Shown here: in pieces, positions 1-7,985 of the stretch
How the letters are laid out: the number at the start of each line of letters is the position of its first letter
Numbering within the stretch: the first letter of the stretch is position 1
DNA from: an uncultured Bdellovibrionales bacterium
Lineage (GTDB): Bacteria; Bdellovibrionota_C; UBA2361; SZUA-149
Direction of reading: 5' to 3'
Assembly (NCBI GenBank): GCA_965366815.1
Contig: CBDUGV010000003.1
Span: forward strand, 741-64,740
DNA: 64,000 nucleotides
Translations under genes and position numbers: made by a program
The notes under the pieces: model-generated
Told to the model about the DNA's origin: nothing
The model's database searches: none
What the model saw: the letters and a program-made list of their open reading frames with translations, nothing else

Positions 1-684
1 GGTCACCACGTCCTGACAGCTGAGGTGCTCGAAGATATCGCCAACCGAACCACAGATGATCTGAAGTGCCCCAGGGGGGAGAATATTCGATTCGATTATC
101 GCTTGAACCATGGCTCTTGTGAGGTAGGAGCTACTGGTCGCTGGTTTGACGATTGCTGGCATACCGGCCAAAAAAGTCGGGGCTAGTTTTTCTAGCATTC
201 CCCAGCAAGGGAAGTTAAACGCATTGATGTGAAGTGCTACGCCTTCAAGTGGTACGCAGATATGGCGTCCGACAAAGGTATTCTCTTTTGAGAGTCGCTC
301 GACTGGCCCCTCGACATGGAATACTTCGTCAGGAAGTTCTCGACGCCCTTTACTTGCATACGTAAAAAGAGTGCTTATACCTCCCTCAATATCGATCCAA
401 GAATCTTTTCTCGTCGCTCCAGTCGCCTTTGAAAGTTCGTAGAACTCTTCTTTGCGATCCATGAGATACAGGGCGAGTGCCTTAATCATCAGCGCTCGTT
501 GATGGATCGACATTTTCCGGAGAGCCGGACCACCGACGCGCCTGCCCCAGTTGAGCATCCCCTTAAAATCGAGACCGCGACTGCTGCTCTCAGCAACCTG
601 TTCACCTGTCACTGAATGAAGGATAGCCGCCGCATCGCCGCTGCCTTTGATCCAACTTCCTTCTGCGTAACTTGTGAGCCTCAT
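1..684 (-). CDS. paaZ: PaaZ, the bifunctional oxepin-CoA hydrolase / aldehyde dehydrogenase of phenylacetate catabolism. Only the N-terminal ALDH part is present; the gene runs off the window start.
   Basis: My own translation of the minus strand from the ATG at 684 gives [40 protein letters not shown]...[33 protein letters not shown], near-collinear with the E. coli PaaZ N-terminus ([40 protein letters not shown] motifs). It is not in the ORF track because it is truncated by the window edge. Confidence 0.85.
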   Translation of the reverse strand, partial: [228 protein letters not shown]

Positions 685-698
685 AGGTAGCGTCGCTC

Positions 699-1334
699 CT
701 AATCAGAATTTTTGCTATTCTTTTCAGGAGTCGCCTGGCTGATAGTTTCATGCCAAGTTTTGTAGACTTTCTCCTGAGAAGGGCGATTTGCTGGGATCTC
801 TCTTAGAGGCTCCACAGCTTTCATAGTGGCATGGCAGTCTGCTGGAAGTCCTTGGTAGAGTTCCGTTCCTTGGGTCTTCCACGCAAGCATTTCATCAGTT
901 ACCTCTTTTACTATCTTGGCGGGATTCCCCACTACGATCTTGCGCGGTGGCACGTCCATTTCTTGGGGTACCAAAGTAAGTGCTCCGACGATGGAGTCCG
1001 CACCGACACTCGCGTTGTCCATTATCACGGCATTCATGCCAATAAGCGCATTCGCACCAATTCGAGCCCCGTGAATAACCGCTCCATGACCGATGTGGGC
1101 TCCTTCTTCCAATCGAACGGTTACTCCGGGAAACATATGGACGACGCAACATTCTTGAACGTTGCAACCATCTTCGATAACAATCTCACCCCAATCGCCG
1201 CGAATTGCGGCACCGGGCCCGATATAGACGTTGGCGCCGATGCAGACATTGCCCACAACCGTGGCTTGTGGATGGACAAAGCTCGATTCATGGACTACTG
1301 GGACGAATTCTTGAAATGAATAGATGTTACTCAT
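699..1334 (-). CDS. paaY: PaaY-like hexapeptide-repeat protein (gamma-carbonic-anhydrase / acyltransferase fold).
   Basis: Left-handed beta-helix hexapeptide repeats (VGNVCIGANVYIGPGAAIRGD...IGANALIGMNAVI). Sits between paaZ and the thiolase as in paa operons. The track ORF starts at a TTG at 1346; the ATG at 1334 (MSNIYSF) is the more likely start. Confidence 0.8.
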   Translation of the reverse strand: MSNIYSFQEFVPVVHESSFVHPQATVVGNVCIGANVYIGPGAAIRGDWGEIVIEDGCNVQECCVVHMFPGVTVRLEEGAHIGHGAVIHGARIGANALIGMNAVIMDNASVGADSIVGALTLVPQEMDVPPRKIVVGNPAKIVKEVTDEMLAWKTQGTELYQGLPADCHATMKAVEPLREIPANRPSQEKVYKTWHETISQATPEKNSKNSD

Positions 1335-1338
1335 AGCC

Positions 1339-2547
1339 TTACTCAACTCGTTCTAGAATTGCTGCCAAACCCTGTCCTACGCCGACACACATAGTACAGA
1401 GCGCGTACCTTTTTTTCTTCTCAATGAGTTCATGCATCGCAGTAATTGCCAAGCGGGTCCCAGTCATACCAAGAGGATGACCAAGTGAGATCGCTCCTCC
1501 GTTTGGGTTGACTCGCGGGTCATCGTCCTCGATTCCCAACTCGCGCAAACAGGCAAGGACTTGGGCGGCAAAAGCTTCGTTTATCTCAATGATATCAATG
1601 TCACTGAGCGTCAACCCAGCTCGTGCCAGTGCCTTTCGGCTCGCCTCGACTGGTCCTATGCCCATGATGCGAGGCTCAACCCCACACACCGCAGACGAGA
1701 GCACACGCACCTTAGGGGCGATGCCGTACTGATCTACGGCGGACTGCGACGCAACTAACACAGCCGCAGCTCCGTCGTTGATTCCCGAGGCGTTTCCTGC
1801 AGTCACCGTTCCTTGCTTTCGGAACACGGGACTCAATTTTGCCAACCCTTCTCCGGTTGTACTTGGCCTTGGAAATTCGTCTGTTTCAAACACAATAGGA
1901 TCTTTTTTCCGTTGGGGGATTTCAAGCGGAACAATCTCTTTTGCCAGTCTGCCGCTCTGCTGGGCCTGGGCGGTTTTCTGTTGGGACCAATTGGCAAAGG
2001 CATCCTGATCCACTCGGGATATCGAGAACAGCTCTACGAGATTTTCAGCGGTTTGCCCCATTGATTCGACGCCCCAGGCCTGTTCAAAGCGAGGGTTTAC
2101 GAACCGCCATCCCATCGTAGAATCGAACATCGATTGCGCACGCCCGTAGGCTTGTTCGGCTTTTGACATGACCAGTGGTGCGCGGGTCATATGCTCGATA
2201 CCTCCGGCGAGAAAGAGATCTCCTTCACCGCAGCGTATAGCCCGGCTCGCATGAAGAATCGCACTCATGCCCGAGGCACACAGTCGATTTACGGTTTCAC
2301 CCGGAACGCTTGCCGGTAGTCCAGCGAGTAAAGAACTCATGCGGGCGATGTTTCGATTATCTTCCCCCGCTTGGTTCGCGCAGCCGAGTATGACATCTTC
2401 GATCGCTTCCACCGGGATTTGTGGATTGCGGCGAATTAGAGCCGCCAAAGGTATTGCTGCAAGGTCATCGGCGCGGACGCTACTCAGGGAACCACCGAGC
2501 TTACCAATAGCAGTGCGAACCCCGTCTATAAGATAGGCGCATTGCTT
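1339..2547 (-). CDS. paaJ: 3-oxoadipyl-CoA / 3-oxo-5,6-dehydrosuberyl-CoA thiolase. The true start is uncertain (see findings).
   Basis: The track ORF (from TTG 2448) reads ...DVILGCANQAGEDNRNIARM...ALCTMCVGVGQG, which are thiolase active-site motifs. Extending the same frame upstream gives KQCAYLIDGVRTAIGKLGGSLSSVRADDLAAIPL, matching the E. coli PaaJ N-terminus (MREAFICDGIRTPIGRYGGALSSVRADDLAAIPL). No ATG/GTG/TTG occurs in that frame upstream, so the start coordinate is approximate. Confidence 0.8.
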   Translation of the reverse strand, partial: KQCAYLIDGVRTAIGKLGGSLSSVRADDLAAIPLAALIRRNPQIPVEAIEDVILGCANQAGEDNRNIARMSSLLAGLPASVPGETVNRLCASGMSAILHASRAIRCGEGDLFLAGGIEHMTRAPLVMSKAEQAYGRAQSMFDSTMGWRFVNPRFEQAWGVESMGQTAENLVELFSISRVDQDAFANWSQQKTAQAQQSGRLAKEIVPLEIPQRKKDPIVFETDEFPRPSTTGEGLAKLSPVFRKQGTVTAGNASGINDGAAAVLVASQSAVDQYGIAPKVRVLSSAVCGVEPRIMGIGPVEASRKALARAGLTLSDIDIIEINEAFAAQVLACLRELGIEDDDPRVNPNGGAISLGHPLGMTGTRLAITAMHELIEKKKRYALCTMCVGVGQGLAAILERVE

Positions 2548-2563
2548 TGAACGTGAGTTTTGC

Positions 2564-3733
2564 TTATTTGATGAAATGGCGTTTCTCCTGCACCATGGTT
2601 CTTAGGAGCGGACTCGGGCGATAGCGATCTTCACCAAATGCCGCTTGGAGCTTTTCCAGTTCATTCAGTACGAAATCGAGTCCAAGTTCATCAGCCCAGG
2701 CCAGCAGTCCTTTGGGATAATTAACACCATGTGTCATGGCCAGTTCAATATCAGCTGGCGAGGCAACACCCCGAAACAGAGCATCAACAGCTTCGTTGAT
2801 CAGCAGTACCAAAGTGCGATGCAGTATTTTATCGCCCAATTTCTCATCTTTCGTGGGCTCAGACGTGAGACTCCCTTCCGCATAGCTATAAAATCCTCGA
2901 CCCGTTTTCCTGCCAAGTCGTCCAGCTTCCACATAGCGCTTTTGCTGAATTGAAGGTCGGTACCGGGGGTCAAAATACATACTCTGAAATATGCTTTCCG
3001 AGACGGTGTAATTGATGTCGATACCGATGAGATCCATTAACTCAAATGGGCCCATGCGAAACCCACCTCGCGTACGCATAGCCCAATCTATCGTCGGCGC
3101 ATCAGCGTATTGCTCTTCCAACATCTTGAGTGCTTCACCATAGAACGGTCGCGCAATTCTATTAACGATGAATCCGGGAGTGTCCTTTACTCTAACGAGT
3201 GTTTTGTTCCAGCCCGAAATTATTTGTTCGCTGCGCGTAAGAACCTCAGTTGAAGTTTGCAGAGCTTCGACAAGCTCGACCAATTTCATAACCGGGGCAG
3301 GATTAAAGAAGTGAGTTCCGACGACTCTCTCAGATTTGCGACAGGCCGAGGCAATCGCAGTGAGCGCAAGAGAGGAGGTGTTTGACGCCAGTATGCAATC
3401 GCTGTTTGTGTGGAGTTCTAGTGCGGAAAAGACTTCTTTTTTCGTTGCTAGATTCTCGTGCACCGCTTCTATGATAAGTGCACAGCCTCCAAACTCTTCG
3501 AAGCTCGCCGTTGGAGTGATGCGACTCAGGATCTCGTCCGCCTGCTCCGCGCTAAACTTCTTCTTTTCAATCAGGCGGTCAAACGTTTTTCGAAGCTTAG
3601 GGAGGAGAGCCAGTCGAGCTTCTTCAGAACTGTCATAGAGAACCACGCTGTGCCCGTACTGAGCCGCAGTTTGAGCAATGCCCGCCCCCATTGTGCCAGC
3701 GCCAACAACTCCAATGTGTTCTTTTGTGCTCAT
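2564..3733 (-). CDS. paaH: NAD-dependent 3-hydroxyacyl-CoA dehydrogenase (PaaH/PaaC-type).
   Basis: Rossmann motif VVGAGTMGAGIAQ at the N-terminus, 3HCDH C-terminal domain, and an operon position between thiolase and hydratase. Confidence 0.85.
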   Translation of the reverse strand: MSTKEHIGVVGAGTMGAGIAQTAAQYGHSVVLYDSSEEARLALLPKLRKTFDRLIEKKKFSAEQADEILSRITPTASFEEFGGCALIIEAVHENLATKKEVFSALELHTNSDCILASNTSSLALTAIASACRKSERVVGTHFFNPAPVMKLVELVEALQTSTEVLTRSEQIISGWNKTLVRVKDTPGFIVNRIARPFYGEALKMLEEQYADAPTIDWAMRTRGGFRMGPFELMDLIGIDINYTVSESIFQSMYFDPRYRPSIQQKRYVEAGRLGRKTGRGFYSYAEGSLTSEPTKDEKLGDKILHRTLVLLINEAVDALFRGVASPADIELAMTHGVNYPKGLLAWADELGLDFVLNELEKLQAAFGEDRYRPSPLLRTMVQEKRHFIK

Positions 3734-4518
3734 CTACCGCTAAACGTTGCTTTTCGTTTTTCCAAAAATGCCTGAACTCCTTCCCGAAAATCCTCGGTAG
3801 TTGCAGCTTCCTGTTGTAGCTTGGCTTCAAGCGACAACTGATCTTCTAAGGAATTCCCCTGGGACGCAAGTAATGCTTTTCTCGTGAGCACCAACGCTTT
3901 AGTAGGCATCTGCGCGAGTGTATTGGCGATAGAAGTCGCCGATTCGAGCAACGAGGCATCAGGGACTACCCGATAGATCATACCAATGCGCTGAGCTTCT
4001 TCTGCTGAGATTGGCTCAGCAAGGAAGGCTAAGGCACGCGCCTTGGCTAGGCCAACAAACCGCGGCATGTAGAAGGTTGCACCGGTATCTGGAATGAGAC
4101 CTATGCGGCTAAATGCTTGGATGAACGAGGCCGATTCATCAGCGACTACAATATCGCAGCAGAGAGCTAGGCTGGCACCGGCTCCTGCCGCGATTCCATT
4201 TACCGCGCAAACCGTCGGAACCCGCAGTTCGGTAAACTTTTCGACAAGCTTGTTACAGCGCTCCCGGACGACCCGCTCAACTTCATCAGCCAGTCCGTCG
4301 CTCAGCGGAATCTCTTTGAGATCCTGTCCAGAGCAGAACCCCTTACCAGCTCCGGTCAGAAGGAGCGCTCGACAGGAATCGTCTTTCTCGATCGTATCCA
4401 GAGTGAGCAGAATTTGATCCACCAAGGCAGCATTGAGCGCATTAATTGCTTCGGGTCGATTAAGAGTCAGTGTTACGAGGGGCCCATTTCTCTCTAGGGT
4501 TAGAAGTTCTTGGCTCAT
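3730..4518 (-). CDS. paaG: Enoyl-CoA hydratase/isomerase family protein (PaaG-type 1,2-epoxyphenylacetyl-CoA isomerase, or PaaF).
   Basis: 262 aa crotonase fold: NRPEAINALN, LLLTGAGKGFCSGQDL, CAVNGIAAGAGASLAL. The stop of paaH overlaps this gene's start (operon). Confidence 0.75.
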   Translation of the reverse strand: MSQELLTLERNGPLVTLTLNRPEAINALNAALVDQILLTLDTIEKDDSCRALLLTGAGKGFCSGQDLKEIPLSDGLADEVERVVRERCNKLVEKFTELRVPTVCAVNGIAAGAGASLALCCDIVVADESASFIQAFSRIGLIPDTGATFYMPRFVGLAKARALAFLAEPISAEEAQRIGMIYRVVPDASLLESATSIANTLAQMPTKALVLTRKALLASQGNSLEDQLSLEAKLQQEAATTEDFREGVQAFLEKRKATFSGR

Positions 4519-4683
4519 ACACTGTCCTCAAAGTCAGAAATCTTAAGTAAATTGCCGGGTTAATTTGAGTTGCAGGTATCTTAGCTCGGGTGAGCTATTG
4601 AAAAAAGGGTGGGATGGTCGCTTTCGTCGTTTCTTAGTCTCCTGCTCCCGAGTTAGTATGATAACAAATATGGCCATTAATCT

Positions 4684-6777
4684 ATGAGTACAGAATTGTC
4701 CTCTTCTGACAAATTACATCCTGGGTTCGATTGGGCCTCTGTTGCGCGCTTTGTGCTCCTTTCTCGGGCGATTGACGATTTGACTGAGCAGGAACTCTAC
4801 GCCAAGAAAAATATTGCCTATCAATTTTCTGCGCGCGGCCACACACTCAGCCAGGTCTTGTTGGGAACCCTGCTCAACGATCCCCATGATGCGGCCTCAG
4901 CCTACTACCGCTCAAGACCTCTGCTCCTCTCTCTCGGGTTGGCCATTGACGACGCCTTTGCCGGTCCGCTGGGCAAGACCGGTGGATATAGTGGTGGTCG
5001 AGACATCGGCGTGGTGTGCAATCTACTTGCTGACAGCGGAACGACCGTTCTGCCAATGGCTGGCGATGTGGGCTCGCAGTTTACCCCAGCAGCAGGTTGG
5101 GCTGAATCAATACGGTACTTTCATCAAGAGTTAGGTGATACGTCCTATCAACAAAGTATTGCGGTGGCGCATGGCGGAGACGGATCGACTGCTACTAACG
5201 GATTTTGGTCTGCGCTCAATATCTGTGCGACGCGCAAATTGCCGATGCTGTTTTTTATCGAGGACAATGGCTATGCCATTTCTGTGCCTTCGCGGCACCA
5301 AACTCCCGGTGGTAATATTGCTGAAAACCTTTCGGGATATCGCGACCTGACGATACTGGAAGGTGACGGAACTGAGCCAGCGGATGCTGCAGAGGTGATT
5401 TCCAAAGCGGTGAGAACTGTGCGAGAGGAGCGTGGACCGGTGTTACTGCGCTTGGATGTTCCACGGCTTTGTGGACACTCCGGACAGGACAATCAGGCGT
5501 ATAAGTCCGAAGAAGTGCTTGCTGCTGAACAGGCGCGCGATCCCTTACCTAAGTTAGAGCAGTACTTGGTTCCCGGACTGTATTCGCCCGAAGAATGGAG
5601 TGCGCTGAGCGCTCGTGTTAACCGAGAAGTAGCCCTGGGGCTCGAAAAAGCTCTGGAAAGGCCGGACCCAACTCCAGACGATATTGAGCGCTATGCTTTT
5701 TCTGAACTACAAGCGGATGGCTCTGTTGAATGGCAGAGCGCCGGCGGGTCTAGGCAAAAGTCCAGAGTTTCAGAAACGAATCGGCTCGCTCAGCCGGAAG
5801 GCTTGCGACTTAACTTTTTAGAATGCGTTCGTAAAACGCTGGAAGCTGAACTTCGTGCGAATGACAGAATGTTGGTGTTTGGCGAAGACGTGGGGTTGAA
5901 AGGGGGCGTGCATACCGCCACTATGGATTTGCAAGAAAAATTTGGTGAACATCGAGTTTTTGACACGAGTCTCTCTGAAGAGGGAATAATTGGCAGAGCG
6001 GTCGGTATGGCGTTAGCTGGTTTGCTGCCCGTTCCCGAAATTCAGTTTCGAAAGTATGCCGATGCTGCAACTGAGCAGTTAAATAATTGCGGCACTATTC
6101 GTTGGCGCACGACAAATAGATTTGCTGCGCCCCTTGTGGTGCGCATGCCGCTCGGCCATTCACGTCGCGCAGGAGACCCCTGGCACAGCGTTTCGGGGGA
6201 AGCGGTCTGGGCCCATCAGGTTGGCTGGCGAATTGTTATTCCATCTAATGCTGAAGATGCGGTCGGCTTGTTGCGTACGGCACTACGCGGGAATGATCCA
6301 GTCTTGTTTTTTGAGCATCGTGCCTTGCTCGATGCTCCGAGTGCTCGAAGGCCTTACCCGGGCGATGAATTTGCTCTCCCGTTTGGAGAAGCGGCCTGTG
6401 TACAGGAAGGCAGCGATCTGACGGTAGTGACCTGGGGAGCGATGGTTGAGAATTGTGTTGAGGCCGTGCGGGAGTTAGACGCTTCTGTGGAGATTCTCGA
6501 TCTACGTACTATTTGTCCCTGGGACCGCGAGGCGGTATTTGCCTCAGTCCGCAAGACCAAGCGCTGTGCAATTGTTCATGAAGATACTCGCACCGTTGGC
6601 TTCGGTGCCGAAATTTCGGCCCAATTAGCAAGTGAACTCTTTTTTGATCTCGATGCACCGATTAAGCGCATTTGTCCGCCCGATATTCCGATTCCGTACA
6701 ACCCGATCTTGATGAACGCGGTTGTTCCCAGTGAGAGTCGTATCAAGCAAGAACTGCAAAAAATTCTACAATTCTAG
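4684..6777 (+). CDS. Fused alpha/beta E1 component of a TPP-dependent 2-oxoacid dehydrogenase (alpha and beta in one 697-aa polypeptide).
   Basis: The N-terminal half has the E1-alpha TPP-binding region (GDGSTATNGFWSALNICATRKLPMLFFIEDNGYAIS). The C-terminal half is E1-beta / transketolase-like (GEDVGLKGGVHTATMDL...FDTSLSEEGIIGRAVGMALAGL...RMPLGH). It lies divergent from paaG. Confidence 0.75.
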   Translation: MSTELSSSDKLHPGFDWASVARFVLLSRAIDDLTEQELYAKKNIAYQFSARGHTLSQVLLGTLLNDPHDAASAYYRSRPLLLSLGLAIDDAFAGPLGKTGGYSGGRDIGVVCNLLADSGTTVLPMAGDVGSQFTPAAGWAESIRYFHQELGDTSYQQSIAVAHGGDGSTATNGFWSALNICATRKLPMLFFIEDNGYAISVPSRHQTPGGNIAENLSGYRDLTILEGDGTEPADAAEVISKAVRTVREERGPVLLRLDVPRLCGHSGQDNQAYKSEEVLAAEQARDPLPKLEQYLVPGLYSPEEWSALSARVNREVALGLEKALERPDPTPDDIERYAFSELQADGSVEWQSAGGSRQKSRVSETNRLAQPEGLRLNFLECVRKTLEAELRANDRMLVFGEDVGLKGGVHTATMDLQEKFGEHRVFDTSLSEEGIIGRAVGMALAGLLPVPEIQFRKYADAATEQLNNCGTIRWRTTNRFAAPLVVRMPLGHSRRAGDPWHSVSGEAVWAHQVGWRIVIPSNAEDAVGLLRTALRGNDPVLFFEHRALLDAPSARRPYPGDEFALPFGEAACVQEGSDLTVVTWGAMVENCVEAVRELDASVEILDLRTICPWDREAVFASVRKTKRCAIVHEDTRTVGFGAEISAQLASELFFDLDAPIKRICPPDIPIPYNPILMNAVVPSESRIKQELQKILQF

Positions 6778-6790
6778 ATTGCTCGACTGC

Positions 6791-7774
6791 TTAGGTACCT
6801 TGAGCGAAGTGAAACTCTGGAGGCCAGTTTACAGTTGTGACAGTTGCCGAAAATGATCCGAGCTGGGGGGAGCAAAGCTCAATCGCATCGCCATCTTCCA
6901 AGCTAAAACTGTCTGGAGGGACTAAGTCTGTACCGGTCAGGACCCACACACCTCCTGGATAAGGGCCGCAGCGATGTACCGAAGCTGCAAGTTCCTGAAA
7001 CGATCGTTTCATATGATCAGTAGAGGTCTCGCCAGTAAAGTGCTCCTTTCCATTTCGCGAAATACTCATGCGCATTTGAACTGGCAGCAGATTCTCTGTT
7101 GGATCGGGCACTATCATTGCGGCATTCAGTCCACAGGCGAGATGATGTACTTTCGCCTGTGTCAGCAAGAGGGTACAGGCCCCTTCAATACTTCGGGAAC
7201 TCATGTCCAGACCGAGTGTATAGGCCTCAATGGTGCCCTGTGAGCTGAGAAAGAAGGCGACTTCCGGTTCTGGTACATCCCAGGCTGGCAATCGTCCCAT
7301 TCCGGAGTCAGCGCGCTTTCCAGCCTCTTGACCGTGAGTGAAGACTTGATTCGGCAGTCCCTTAAAAAATATCTCAGCGTAATTTTCAGGATTCCCCACG
7401 TAGTCATACGGCGTCGCTGGTTTTTGCTCGACGGTCTTTGGCGCAACTGAACTTTTGCCTTTTGCGTGATACTCGACATTTCGCGCTTTGCGACTTGCGT
7501 CGTAGGTGACGCCGCAAGCCATGACGATCTGTGGCCAATCAATCGGTGCGCGTAGCTCCTGGAACAGCTTGTCCTCAGTGAAAGAAGTGCTGGGGCTGAG
7601 TTCTGTGATACACTCTTGTAGGTGCTGATGGAGCCCGACTCGATTTACTAACTCGGACCATGAATCGCAGCTTTGGCTCAGATCGTACCAATGACCATCA
7701 ACTTCTGCGACGAGTGCCTGCTGCGTTCTAAAGAGGCGAAGCATAGTATTTTCCTCAGAAAGTGCGAATTTCAC
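6791..7774 (-). CDS. Fumarylacetoacetate-hydrolase (FAH) family protein; start may be the ATG at 7744.
   Basis: C-terminal FAH-like segment (VLTGTDLVPPDSFSLEDGDAIELCSPQLGSFSATV). Convergent with the E1 gene. Confidence 0.55.
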   Translation of the reverse strand: MKFALSEENTMLRLFRTQQALVAEVDGHWYDLSQSCDSWSELVNRVGLHQHLQECITELSPSTSFTEDKLFQELRAPIDWPQIVMACGVTYDASRKARNVEYHAKGKSSVAPKTVEQKPATPYDYVGNPENYAEIFFKGLPNQVFTHGQEAGKRADSGMGRLPAWDVPEPEVAFFLSSQGTIEAYTLGLDMSSRSIEGACTLLLTQAKVHHLACGLNAAMIVPDPTENLLPVQMRMSISRNGKEHFTGETSTDHMKRSFQELAASVHRCGPYPGGVWVLTGTDLVPPDSFSLEDGDAIELCSPQLGSFSATVTTVNWPPEFHFAQGT

Positions 7775-7985
7775 CTGCCACTCTTTTTAGTTAATTCCAT
7801 GGAATAACTCCAATCGCCCGAGTAGGGGCCATTGTACCAAAGTGGGAGTTCCAGCCTTCTCGGACTATTTGCCGCAGTTGTTTAATTGGTTTATAAACAG
7901 GGGTCGATTCTTACTAGATCTCTTGATATCAATTTTCATTCTTTCACTGTGATTTCGCGACTATAGCGAACTTTCCAGCTGCCTT

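Noticed and set aside
831-1319. Numerous 60-170 aa track ORFs on the strand opposite to, or out of frame within, well-supported genes (e.g. 831..1319, 8274..8471, 9216..9740, 20505..20885, 25220..25690, 34225..34659, 42409..42942, 57372..57953).
   Set aside because: They are fully embedded in genes with strong homology support, have no Shine-Dalgarno or domain signal, and are typical antisense ORF artefacts of a moderately GC-rich genome.
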